DNA of 51,450 nucleotides from Methanosaeta sp. UBA114 (GCA_002506335.1 DAXJ01000014.1:1-51450), one strand, 5' to 3'; shown: positions 17,034 through 26,613, numbered from the stretch's first letter. Notes: a model not told the origin generated them from the letters alone. Made by a program: numbers and translations.

Positions 17034-18311
17034 ATGGGATATGGATGGAAAAATATTAGGGTAATAGCCCTCTGTGCAGTGGTACTTCTGACTTTTATTG
17101 GAATCGGCCAGGCAGCGGGATCCCATATATTGGGCTTGAGAGAGACCGCTCCGGGCACATCATCTTCGGCTGCAGGAGAGCTGGCCGGCTTTGATGTCAA
17201 GCCCGGAGAGAGCATAGATATGCACGTGGTGCTGGCAGGGATCACCGCTCCGCCGGTTGCCGGATACAAGCTTTACATGAGCTATGATCCAAAGGTTATA
17301 GCCAGCGTATCCTTGGAGAATTCTCTGTACAAGACCAGCAAGTTCGAGCAGATAGAGCCGGGCCTCTTCTACTTCGAGGGCTCCGAGACCCTGGGAAAGG
17401 CTAACGGGGACGTGGACCTGGCAACTTTGAGGATCAGGGTGGATCCCAACGCTCCCAGTGGCACAACTACCCTCAAGCTCATGGGGCCGAAGAAGGATGA
17501 GACCAAGGGCACATCGGCTGTCTGGGGACCCTTCCTCTCCAAGATAAACGGCATATCATTCCAGGATACACCTCTGATGGTGAAGGGTGGGAACGCGTCC
17601 TCTGAGGCGAGCGTTGTCACGGCAAAAGTGCCTTCCAAGGAGACCTCCGCCGATGAACCGGGCGTACAGGGTTCTGCCCAGAATAGCGCCACTGAAACCG
17701 GGACTAACGTATCAAGTGCTGACAGGATCAAAGATATCAGGGGACGCATCTCCATGGCCAAGGCGAACGCTGAGGCCAGCCAAGCTGCTATCTTTGAGAA
17801 TAAAAGGGCTCAGAGTCAGACCACTACGCCAAAAGGAACTACCGCTGCTACGGCGGCACCTAGAGTTGTTCAGGCCGATGCTGCTGAAGTCGAGGCCCCT
17901 GCCCATGGATCTGTGGCCAACAACAGCCCGGCACTAGCCGCAGAAGAGACGCCATATCTCGGTGCTTCCGTTGCTAGCACTGCTTCTAATATCAGCACTG
18001 CCTCCTGCATCTGTATTGTTGCTAAAGCTGATGTCAATAAAGACTTCATAAGAGTAGGCGACGATAAGGCCAATGCTTTTGGCCCCATCTTCAACGACGG
18101 CATGGGCACCAAGGCAAAAAACGATCTGGAGATCCTGAAGAACCAGAATACTAGCATCGGTCAGTGCTGTAGCACCGCTATTCCAGGCCTATGCCACGAG
18201 TGTAGCCCCCATCAGAATATAGATAAGATCAGGGCCGGGAACCGGGGTGCCACTTCCATGGGCAGCGCAGACTCAGCCAACAATGTAAAGATAGTGTCCA
18301 ACCAGGAGTAG
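17034..18311 (+). CDS. Secreted protein: signal peptide, cohesin-like domain, Ser/Thr/Ala-rich linker, duplicated Cys-containing C-terminal module
   Basis: Signal IRVIALCAVVLLTFIGIGQAAG. The cohesin-like pattern is GESIDMHVVLAGITAPPVAGYKLYMSYDPKVIASVSL...DLATLRIRV...GTTTLKL. GGGGAG SD upstream. The stop codon is TAG. Confidence 0.55.
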   Translation: MGYGWKNIRVIALCAVVLLTFIGIGQAAGSHILGLRETAPGTSSSAAGELAGFDVKPGESIDMHVVLAGITAPPVAGYKLYMSYDPKVIASVSLENSLYKTSKFEQIEPGLFYFEGSETLGKANGDVDLATLRIRVDPNAPSGTTTLKLMGPKKDETKGTSAVWGPFLSKINGISFQDTPLMVKGGNASSEASVVTAKVPSKETSADEPGVQGSAQNSATETGTNVSSADRIKDIRGRISMAKANAEASQAAIFENKRAQSQTTTPKGTTAATAAPRVVQADAAEVEAPAHGSVANNSPALAAEETPYLGASVASTASNISTASCICIVAKADVNKDFIRVGDDKANAFGPIFNDGMGTKAKNDLEILKNQNTSIGQCCSTAIPGLCHECSPHQNIDKIRAGNRGATSMGSADSANNVKIVSNQE

Positions 18312-18337
18312 AGGAAGTCCGGGAGGGTGCAGGGCCG

Positions 18338-19549
18338 CTATCCGCCCATATCACTCCTTCCTGCATCTTCAGCCATTTTTATAACATCCCTCAGTGGAAC
18401 ATCCGTCTCGAGGGCAATTCTTCTACAGTCCTCGTATTCGGGCTTGGCCTTGAGTACCGTTCCTCCAAACGTATTGACCTTGAGGGCAACCTGGTAGCTT
18501 CTGCCTTTCACCTCTATCTCTATAAGCTTCTCCTCGCGCTCTGCGGTGTACCTATGGAGGCTTGGAAAGACACGGAGGCCCAGGGAGCCGGTCTCGGCCA
18601 TGACCATCCCGGCCAGTCTCTCCAGGTCTCTCTCCATGGCTATGACCCTGATCACATGTCCTGGCCTCCCCTTCTTCATCAGTGCCGGTATGACTGAGAC
18701 ATCCAGGGCACCGGCCTCCATGAGGCGCTCTATGAGGTAGCCCAGGACCTCGCCTGTGACATCGTCTAGGTTGGTCTCCAGCTGAGCCACCTGATCGGGG
18801 TGAGCCGAGCGGATGGCATGGGCGGAGAGGTCGTGCCCTACCTTTACCTCGCCCAAAATCCCTCTGAGAGCATTGGGCAACGGCAGGTCACTGGATCCAG
18901 CCCCATAGCCGACCTTCTGGGCCCTGATTTCTGGATAGAAGTCCAGGAAGGAATCAACTATGGCTGTCAGGATGGACGCCCCCGTGGGCGTCAAAAGTTC
19001 CTGATCTACAGGTCCTCCCTTCCAGGGAATCCTATGGGACCTCAGTATCTCCAGGGCGGCAGGTCCTGGCACTGGCAGGAGGCCGTGGGCAGACTTGACA
19101 AAGCCTCCACCTACGGATATGGGAAGGCAAAGGATTTCCTTTGGGGACAGGCTATCCAGGGCTACGCAGCTTCCTGCGATATCAGCCAGGGCGTCCAAGG
19201 CTCCCACCTCGTGGAACCTGACCCTGGACGCTTCTATTCCATGGACCATAGCTTCAGCGCCTGCCAGGACATTCATGGTCCTCCGGGCTTTATCCAGGGC
19301 AGAATGTCCAAGGCTCGATTCCTCGAGGATTTCCTTGGCCTCCTCCAGCGACTGATATCTCCTATCAGAGACGACCTTAACCCTGGAGGCGGCGATGTGA
19401 CCCTTCTCCTCCCTTGTGATCTCCAATCTACATCCCACCGACTCCACAGCCGCAGTCACAGCCTCTGGGTCCGCGCCCAGGTCCAGGAGGCAGCCCATGA
19501 TCATATCGCCGGAAGCACCTGCATAAGGGTCCAAGAGGAGTGCCTTCAT
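18338..19549 (-). CDS. larC: LarC-family (DUF111) nickel insertion protein
   Basis: MKALLLDPYAGASGDMIMGCLLDLGADP... is the typical LarC/DUF111 N-terminus. 403 aa. Confidence 0.8.
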   Translation of the reverse strand: MKALLLDPYAGASGDMIMGCLLDLGADPEAVTAAVESVGCRLEITREEKGHIAASRVKVVSDRRYQSLEEAKEILEESSLGHSALDKARRTMNVLAGAEAMVHGIEASRVRFHEVGALDALADIAGSCVALDSLSPKEILCLPISVGGGFVKSAHGLLPVPGPAALEILRSHRIPWKGGPVDQELLTPTGASILTAIVDSFLDFYPEIRAQKVGYGAGSSDLPLPNALRGILGEVKVGHDLSAHAIRSAHPDQVAQLETNLDDVTGEVLGYLIERLMEAGALDVSVIPALMKKGRPGHVIRVIAMERDLERLAGMVMAETGSLGLRVFPSLHRYTAEREEKLIEIEVKGRSYQVALKVNTFGGTVLKAKPEYEDCRRIALETDVPLRDVIKMAEDAGRSDMGG

Positions 19550-19659
19550 GGCCGATTAATTTGACGTAAGTTGTTAAATATGAATTGGTTACCTATTAAG
19601 ACATTCAATCTCAAGGCCAGAACGAGCAGCCCAGCGGCTACGAATGGACCGCACTATCT

Positions 19660-20580
19660 GTGACCACGGTTGGTTCCCTGCGGGCCTCGATACAGGGTTC
19701 AGCCCTTCTCATAGCTTTACCTCAAATACTGACCCTTCTCCAGGCGGATTTCCGGACCCTTATTTGGGTCCTTCTGGGCTATCTACTGCTAACCACTGCC
19801 CTAATGCCGGTGATTGGGCGATTGGCGGACATGTTCGGTAGGAAGAACCTCTATGGCTCCGGTTTTGCCGTCTTCACCTTAGGCTCCTTCCTCTCGGGCC
19901 TGTCCCAGCCCCAGTTCCACGGCAGGTACCTGGTGGGCTACCGCCTCGTCCGGGGAATAGGCGGATCCCTCCTATTCACCAACAGCGCAGCCATAGTCAC
20001 TGATGCCTTCAGAACGGGCAGGGTCGGACTGGGCCTGGTAGTGGGTGGCACACTGACCTCCTTCTCCTGGAGCTGGATCCTAATGGTCAACGTTCCCCTA
20101 GGCATATTCGGCACCCTGTGGGGCATGCGAAGGCTTAGGGGGCCGGTCTCCCTGCCTAAAGCCCAGCAGTTCGATTGGATGGGACTCCTCACCTTCACCC
20201 TTGGCCTAGGCTCACTCCTCCTGGTCGTATCCCTGATCGCCTTTCCTCTGATTGATACGGTCTACATCTACCTCCTCTTCGGCTTGGCCGTCCTGGGATT
20301 AGGAGCATTCTTCATAGTGGAGCTCGGGGTGAAGCAGCCCCTGCTTGACTTCAGGCTCTTTGAGGACAAGCTCTCCGCTTACGCATCTTTGGCCAGCGCA
20401 TGAACGGATTGGCCAGGGTGCAGTCCTCTTCATCCTCCTCTTTTTCCTCCAGGGGCCTGGCCACCGCCGGCCTCCTAGTCTCAGCCGTGGTGCCTCCTGG
20501 GCAGGGGATCGGCCTCGGGCTGGTCAGGGGGGGGTGATGGGAATTGAGCTCCTCAGGAGGCGGGGGCGCCCTTCATAGCA
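19660..20580 (+). pseudogene. Decayed DHA2-type MFS transporter
   Basis: MFS motif A is present (GRLADMFGRKNLY). There is an internal deletion after GRVGLGL, and the frame breaks near 20400 (the next segment, GAVLFILLFFLQG, is in another frame). The C-terminal half is missing and a G8 run sits at 20527-20534. Confidence 0.65.
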
Positions 20581-20887
20581 GCAGTGCCTGGCCACCCGGA
20601 GTACTACCCTCTCTTCGGCTTTTAGAAGGCTTCATTAAAGGGGTACGAAGCCAGCGAGAATGTGCCACTGACGAGGCTTTCATGGTTCTGATACTGGACC
20701 AAGTGACCATTGCAGGTGCAAATGGCACCGCTAGGTTCAGAGACGGGTCCGACGAGGTCGCGTAGTTCTTGCCACATGGTCGATCAAAAGGTCCGTTCTA
20801 AGACCGGCACTCCACGTCCGGACTTTTGCCCGATAGAAATTAATACCACCTCCTACAAGCTAAAGCCTACGAAAAAGGAGGATCACT

Positions 20888-20983
20888 ATGGGAGACGACG
20901 CTATAGCTATTGTACTGATCGTTCTGGGGTTTATGATAACCTTTATGCTGCCGATGTACGCCCTTGCAGCCATATTCATGTAA
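20888..20983 (+). CDS. Candidate 31-aa hydrophobic membrane peptide
   Basis: AAGGAGGATCACT precedes the ATG. It translates as MGDDAIAIVLIVLGFMITFMLPMYALAAIFM with a TAA stop. Not in the ORF track. Confidence 0.3.
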   Translation: MGDDAIAIVLIVLGFMITFMLPMYALAAIFM

Positions 20984-21059
20984 GGCTTTACAGGGCAGTG
21001 ATATCTTTTTACTAAGGGCAAATTAGCTGATTGGTTTATTTTTTCCTACAGCTGGGGCT

Positions 21060-21660
21060 GTGGATGTATGGATGTAGCCGGCGGGAAGCTTAGAGTAGGG
21101 TAGATGGGGTTTGAGGCGTCGGTTAGACCTGTGCGTTACCCTCCTGCTGTATCTGGCATACTATGTATCGGTGATGGGCTGGGAGAACGACCTCTTGCCC
21201 CTCATATCCAGCTACGAGGATAGTGGGCATCAACGTAGACGACTTGATCTTCTTCCTGGCCACCCACGGTTTCGATGCCCACCCACACAAGTTCTATGTC
21301 ATAGTCAAATTCCCCGACGGAAAGGAGGTCAATCTCACCCCAACGGCGCCGAATCAAGGCTCATCGACCTGTGGATGAGCCCGCCTACTGGGTTTTTCAG
21401 GGCCCTTTAAGGCCCTGCCGGAAGGGGGCCATAATGGTGAATGTGACCTACGATCGCACCTCTGGGCATGTGCATGGACAGCTCCCAGCAGTTCGCTAAG
21501 GCCTATGAGCGCTTTGGTTATGATACGTTCTACCTCTTTGATCTGTCTTATCTGGAGGCTCACGCTAAGCTCATAGGTTATGCTGTTCTCCAAGGGCACG
21601 GTCTTTGTCAAGGTTGAGGATCTGGTTGAAAAAGCAAAGGCAGGTGTTTAGCTCACCATA
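21060..21660 (+). pseudogene. Multi-frame remnant of an unidentified gene
   Basis: Protein-like segments lie in different frames: INVDDLIFFLATHGFDAHPHKFYVIVKFPDGKEVNLTPT, then MDSSQQFAKAYERFGYDTFYLFDLSYLEAHAKLIGYAVLQG, then TVFVKVEDLVEKAKAGV. Confidence 0.35.
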
Positions 21661-21874
21661 ACTCGCATCGTTAAGTTCATTTCGTGGTAGATCGTACAAT
21701 CAGCCATATAGAGAAGACTTAGCCTGATGATATCGTTTTTCTATCTAGCTCTGATGTTTCGATCCTGTGTTATCTTGATGGAAACCACCATCATGCGGTC
21801 TATTGGCTGAACTAAATACCTACAGGCAAAGAAATAAAATCTTCAATTTTGATTATTTTAGCGTAAGTCCCGGC

Positions 21875-22300
21875 CTAGATCCTAATCCTTATCCCAAAGA
21901 GCCGCTCGAACTTATCGTACTTGGCCCTGGCCCTGCAGAGGTTATTCCTGGGAACCTCCTCTCCACTCTCTGTGGCTTCCATGGCCTTGATCTCCCCCGG
22001 TGAGAAGACGACCTCCAGCTGCTCCCTGGACATCTCCGATATGCTCTGTTGGCCTGCACCTATCTCCAGGTCGGCATCCTCTAGCCATCTCCAGTCATCG
22101 GCATAGCTTATTAATACCGGGTGCCCGTGGCTGCACCTGGCCGCCAGGAGCCATCCTGAGCCCAACCTGAAATAGCCCAGGCTCTCCAGCTCCTGGCTAC
22201 ATTTGGCACAGAAGCCCACTGCACGCTTATCCCTGGATATGGCTTTCAGTTTTTTGCCATCGAAAAAAAGGTTCAGATCCAGGAGATTAAGCCTGTTCAT
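21875..22300 (-). CDS. Hypothetical protein with a possible Cys/His zinc-binding motif, last gene of the dap operon
   Basis: 141 aa. CAKC...(17)...CSHGH. Overlaps dapB by 14 nt. Confidence 0.5.
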   Translation of the reverse strand: MNRLNLLDLNLFFDGKKLKAISRDKRAVGFCAKCSQELESLGYFRLGSGWLLAARCSHGHPVLISYADDWRWLEDADLEIGAGQQSISEMSREQLEVVFSPGEIKAMEATESGEEVPRNNLCRARAKYDKFERLFGIRIRI

Positions 22301-23066
22301 TTAGGACATCGGCCATGGTATAGATGCCTGGACGAGCGTTGGCTACCCATCCTGCTGCCTTAACGGCTCCCGTGGCAAGGGCGGTTCGGCTATGAGCCTG
22401 ATGCTTTATCTCCAGGCGCTCACCGGGTCCGGCGAAGAGGACGGTGTGATCCCCGATGATGTCCCCTGCCCGGATGGCGTGGACTCCTATCTCCTTTCCG
22501 CGAAGGGCCAGGCCCTTTCTGCCGTAGACTACCTCATCTTTGCCCAGGGTGGATTTCAGAGCGTCCAGGGCGGCCAGAGCTGTCCCGCTGGGAGCATCCT
22601 TCTTCTGGTTGTGATGGGCCTCTATGATCTCCACATCGTAATCCTGGAGGACCTCTGCAGCTATCGTTAAAAGCCTCCAGAAGAGGTTTACACCGAGGCT
22701 GTAGTTAGGGGAGATGACCGCGGCCACCTTGCCGTCGGCTATGGCCGTGTGCATCCTCCTCAGCTGCTCCTCCGAAAAGCCGGTGGTTCCAACCACCAGA
22801 TTGATACCAGATGCGGCTGCAATGCAGACGTTCTCAGTGGCAGCAGCCGCGGTGGTGAAGTCTATGAGGACATCCGGTTTGGTCTTGGCCAGGACCTCAG
22901 AGAGCTTGGAGGCATGGGATACGGCAACGCCTCCTGGCAGGACCTTTTCCTCGTCTGCCACGTCAAAGCCTGCTACCAGCTCCAGGTTACCCAATTTTCT
23001 TATCTCATCGATGATCTGGGTGCCCATGCGCCCATTGGCGCCGCAGATCGCAACCTTGGTGGTCAT
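22287..23066 (-). CDS. dapB: 4-hydroxy-tetrahydrodipicolinate reductase
   Basis: ICGANGRMG NAD-binding motif and EAHHNQKKDAPSGTAL catalytic motif. Confidence 0.9.
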   Translation of the reverse strand: MTTKVAICGANGRMGTQIIDEIRKLGNLELVAGFDVADEEKVLPGGVAVSHASKLSEVLAKTKPDVLIDFTTAAAATENVCIAAASGINLVVGTTGFSEEQLRRMHTAIADGKVAAVISPNYSLGVNLFWRLLTIAAEVLQDYDVEIIEAHHNQKKDAPSGTALAALDALKSTLGKDEVVYGRKGLALRGKEIGVHAIRAGDIIGDHTVLFAGPGERLEIKHQAHSRTALATGAVKAAGWVANARPGIYTMADVLNEQA

Positions 23067-23938
23067 GGCCTTTCGCCAGATCTCTGCAGCTCGACCTGAA
23101 GAGCCTTCTCATTGTTCTCGGTCATGTCGGCCAAGGGGAGCCTGAGGGGACCGGCAGCCATGCCAAGGAGCCTGCTTGCGGTCTTCACCGGTATGGGGTT
23201 TGTCTCCAGGAACAGGGCTCTGGTCAGGGGTGCAAGCTCGAAGTGAATTTTTCTTGCCTCAGCCAGGTTTCCTTCAGCCATGGCCTTGACCATGCCCACA
23301 ATCTTCCTCGGGGCGACGTTGGCCACCACCGAAATCACGCCAGCGCCTCCCAGGGCCATGATGGGCAGGGTCAGGCCGTCGTCTCCGGAGAGAACGGTAA
23401 AGCCCGTTCCCTGGGTCTTCTCCAGGATCGATGATATCTGCCCCAGGCTCCCGCTGGCCTCTTTTACCGCCACTATGTTCTTCAATCCGGCCAGCTTAGC
23501 CACCAGGTCCGGCTTGAGGTCAATGCTCGTCCTCGTTGGGACGTTATAGAGAATGATGGGTATATCGCACCTCTCGGCTATGGCCTTGAAGTGCTCAAAC
23601 ATGCCCCTTTCATTGGGCTTGATGTAGTAAGGCGTTATCAGAAGAGCGGCAGCGGCTCCCACATCGGCTGCATGCCTAGTCAGCTCCAGGGCCTCAGCAG
23701 TGTTGTTGGATCCAGTTCCTGCAATCACCGGTACCTTGGAGCAGTCCACCGCCGCTTCCACGACCTTCTTGTGCTCGTCTAAGCTGAGGGTCGCCGACTC
23801 GCCGGTGGTGCCGCAGGGGACTATCCCTGCGATCCCGGTCTCCCCCAGGTACTCTATGTTTCTCCTCAGTCCCTCCTCATCCAGGCTTAAATCTCTCTCG
23901 AACGGTGTAATAATAGCAGGAAAGACGCCCTCAAACAT
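23063..23938 (-). CDS. dapA: 4-hydroxy-tetrahydrodipicolinate synthase
   Basis: GIVPCGTTGESATLS...YNVP...AVKEASG pattern. 4-nt overlap with dapB. Confidence 0.9.
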   Translation of the reverse strand: MFEGVFPAIITPFERDLSLDEEGLRRNIEYLGETGIAGIVPCGTTGESATLSLDEHKKVVEAAVDCSKVPVIAGTGSNNTAEALELTRHAADVGAAAALLITPYYIKPNERGMFEHFKAIAERCDIPIILYNVPTRTSIDLKPDLVAKLAGLKNIVAVKEASGSLGQISSILEKTQGTGFTVLSGDDGLTLPIMALGGAGVISVVANVAPRKIVGMVKAMAEGNLAEARKIHFELAPLTRALFLETNPIPVKTASRLLGMAAGPLRLPLADMTENNEKALQVELQRSGERP

Positions 23939-24152
23939 CGGGCTCGACCTCTCCTCTTCTATGCTCAGTTTTTTGACGGTTGACTCGAGTTATATAGCCT
24001 GCTACGCGGTTGCGGATGGTCTTGTTCTTGATGTCGGTATATTCTGAAACTTTCAGCTTGTTTTGCTCGAAGTCCTTGTTAAAGGAATCCTCGTAGCCTC
24101 TCATCAGCTCATCAGCGAAATTCTTAATGTAACTGGGCTTGACGCTTCCCAT
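23931..24152 (-). CDS. rps17e: 30S ribosomal protein S17e
   Basis: MGSVKPSYIKNFADELM...IRNRVAGYITR matches archaeal S17e. Confidence 0.85.
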   Translation of the reverse strand: MGSVKPSYIKNFADELMRGYEDSFNKDFEQNKLKVSEYTDIKNKTIRNRVAGYITRVNRQKTEHRRGEVEPDV

Positions 24153-24178
24153 AATCTACTCTCCAGGTATATGTCGAT

Positions 24179-25462
24179 TCAGTCTGCTTGCAACAGCCTT
24201 TGATTTATAGTTAATGGGCCCCGGATTTTTGCCCCCGCCAGGACACACCTGGCCAGATGCAGGGCGCTACCGCCAAGAAGCATGGCCCTGGGCTCTTCTC
24301 CTCCCTGCACCTGGATGAGGATGGGTCCATGCCATAAGTTGGGACCTTTCGTGATCGCGGCAGAGCTCTCCTCCATGGCTTTCTTTAAGTTATCTGGGAT
24401 ATCCGGGCTTATGCTTAGAGCCGCCCTGATACTTGAGTCCCCTGCCACGGCGTCCAGGAGCGCCAGGGATGTGCTGCTTCTCCTGCCAAACCTAGCGCAG
24501 TTAAAGGAAAGATCTTCAGACAGAAGGACCTCGGCTGAGGCCACGTCTTCCAGGGACGATGCGCCCTCCAGTGCCATGCCTATGCTCATGCCCTTCTCAG
24601 GGGCCAAAATCGCTGCCTCCGGCACCTGGAGGATATCGGCAGCCTTCATGACCTCTGATAAGACCCTGAACCGCTCAGCCTCTTCCCTTAAAGCTCCGGC
24701 CTGATCCACGGGTCCCGGGCCGCGGCCGATCTTCGGGCTGTATCTGACAGCCGTGGCCGAGAATCTCTGGGCCTTCGTGGCGGCATCTCTCAGGGCCAAG
24801 CCCATGGCCAGAAAGGCGGTCAGTGCGGAGGAGTAGGTGCACCCAACGCCGTGGTTTCCTCCATGCTCTCTTCTTCCCCGGATGAGCTCCGGCGCCCCTC
24901 CCTGGAGGAGGAGGTCGGTGCAGTCCAGGTGGCCTCCTTTAACCACGGCCGCACCTGCTCCCATATCGAGGATGGCCCTGGCGGCCTCCTCTGCCGAGAC
25001 CAGATCCGTTACCTGGATGCCTGTAAGGTTTCTGGCCTCGAAGATGTTGGGGGTAATGATTCGAGCTATCGGTATTAGCCTATCCTTCAGGGCAGCCACG
25101 GCCTCCTGCGAGAAGAGCCTGCCGCCGGCCTCAGCCTTTATCACCGGATCCACTACCAGGTTTAACCCATACTTTTCAGAGGCATCCGCTACGGCATTAA
25201 CAACCCCTGCCGTGGGGAGCATGCCGGTCACTGCCCAGGATATCTCGAAGTCAGAGAGGACGGCATCCATCTGGGATAGGACTGCCCTCGATTCCATGGG
25301 AAAGACCTCCTTTACCCCGAGAGTGTTTTGGGCAGTTACTGCAGTAATAACGGAAGTCCCGTGAACCCCCAGGGCTGAGAAAGTTTTGAGGTCTGCCTGA
25401 ACTCCGGCCCCGCCTCCTGAGTCAGACCCGCCTATGGTCAAAACGACGGTACGTGCGTTCAT
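24179..25462 (-). CDS. thiDN: Bifunctional ThiD (HMP/HMP-P kinase) with a C-terminal ThiN-type domain
   Basis: LTIGGSDSGGGAGVQADLKTF...TAQNT (ThiD) followed by an extension of about 160 aa, as in archaeal ThiDN fusions. Confidence 0.8.
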   Translation of the reverse strand: MNARTVVLTIGGSDSGGGAGVQADLKTFSALGVHGTSVITAVTAQNTLGVKEVFPMESRAVLSQMDAVLSDFEISWAVTGMLPTAGVVNAVADASEKYGLNLVVDPVIKAEAGGRLFSQEAVAALKDRLIPIARIITPNIFEARNLTGIQVTDLVSAEEAARAILDMGAGAAVVKGGHLDCTDLLLQGGAPELIRGRREHGGNHGVGCTYSSALTAFLAMGLALRDAATKAQRFSATAVRYSPKIGRGPGPVDQAGALREEAERFRVLSEVMKAADILQVPEAAILAPEKGMSIGMALEGASSLEDVASAEVLLSEDLSFNCARFGRRSSTSLALLDAVAGDSSIRAALSISPDIPDNLKKAMEESSAAITKGPNLWHGPILIQVQGGEEPRAMLLGGSALHLARCVLAGAKIRGPLTINQRLLQAD

Positions 25463-25486
25463 GGTGGCTTTTATTTGAAAGCCGCT

Positions 25487-26038
25487 TTAAGATAGCTTCT
25501 TCTCTGCGGCACTGGTCATCTCCTCAGGCAGATTGTATTTGTTGGCTATCTGGAAGGCCTTTCTGTAGAGGCCTGACTCCATGTACTGCTCAAAGGCTTT
25601 AGTTGCAGCCTTGGTCCTCATCTCTTCGGGCAGATCGAAGTCATCGGCGATCTCTGCAGCGTTCTTGATCAGGCCAAAGCTCATACTCTTGTTGAATGCC
25701 TGGATGGCCGCAATCCTGACCTCTTCTTCAGGTAAACCGAACTCCCTGGCGTACTCTGCAGCGGTTTTGAACTGATCGCTGTCTATCTTCCTCTGGAAGG
25801 ACCTCATAGCGGCCTCGGCTATGAGGTTCGACGGCAGGCCGTAGGCCTTGGCCAGGTCTGCAGCCACGTAGAACTCGCCTGCGTCTATGTTCTTCCGATA
25901 GGCGTCTTTGACCGCGGCTTCTATCATGTCGTAGGGAAAGCTGTAGGCGCTCCTGATCCTGGCTGCTTCTCTGTAGGCACCTTCTCTCATCTTCTCTGAG
26001 AAGAGCCTAGCTCCTTCGGCTAAGCTAGTTTCTGGCAT
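25487..26038 (-). CDS. Helical repeat protein with five exact 34-residue repeats; function unknown
   Basis: The conserved Pro of the [YF]x[LF]P motif falls at residues 35, 69, 103, 137 and 171. Only a 24-nt gap separates it from thiDN on the same strand. Confidence 0.6.
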   Translation of the reverse strand: MPETSLAEGARLFSEKMREGAYREAARIRSAYSFPYDMIEAAVKDAYRKNIDAGEFYVAADLAKAYGLPSNLIAEAAMRSFQRKIDSDQFKTAAEYAREFGLPEEEVRIAAIQAFNKSMSFGLIKNAAEIADDFDLPEEMRTKAATKAFEQYMESGLYRKAFQIANKYNLPEEMTSAAEKKLS

Positions 26039-26122
26039 AATCTGACCTCAGTATGAACTTAGCACTAAAAGAATATAAACATAGATCTTAGCTACCCTTG
26101 ACCCTCGCTATAACCTTCAATC

Positions 26123-26578
26123 TTAGACCATGTCCTCTCTGCTGAGGCTGGCCACGAAGGCGTATTGGCTGGTGGTAGGAAGCATCCTTCTAAGCTCCCT
26201 GATGTCGGGCATGTAAATGATCACCTGCTTTTCCCAGGAGCGCTCCTTCTTGAGCAAGTTGGTGATAAGCTCCATCTCAGCCACGCCCTGGATCCTGGCT
26301 GCACCACTTCCCACATCAGGAGACATCTCTATAAGCAGGGGTAGCCGAAGCCTTGGCCACATGAACCTGGGCAGGTTATTGGATATGAGATCCAGCTCGC
26401 TTTTATCCATGACGTAGAACCTATTGTCCTTGCCCTTGATTCCTGGCCTATCTATCTCCAAAAGCTCAGACAAAGTCAAACGCCTGGCTGGAAGGTGCTG
26501 ATTCATCGTCTGTATGGTCTTTATCAGAACCTTTCTATCTCCAAAAGAAGCTCTTCCTTCTCCGAAAGAATCCATCAT
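26123..26578 (-). CDS. UPF0216/DUF61-like archaeal protein
   Basis: NQHLPARRLTLSELLEIDRP...ELDLISNNLP...LRLPLLIEMS matches the DUF61 pattern as I remember it. Confidence 0.5.
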   Translation of the reverse strand: MMDSFGEGRASFGDRKVLIKTIQTMNQHLPARRLTLSELLEIDRPGIKGKDNRFYVMDKSELDLISNNLPRFMWPRLRLPLLIEMSPDVGSGAARIQGVAEMELITNLLKKERSWEKQVIIYMPDIRELRRMLPTTSQYAFVASLSREDMV

Positions 26579-26613
26579 CTAGCCTTTCTCTCCATGAGTC
26601 TTAAATCTAATCA

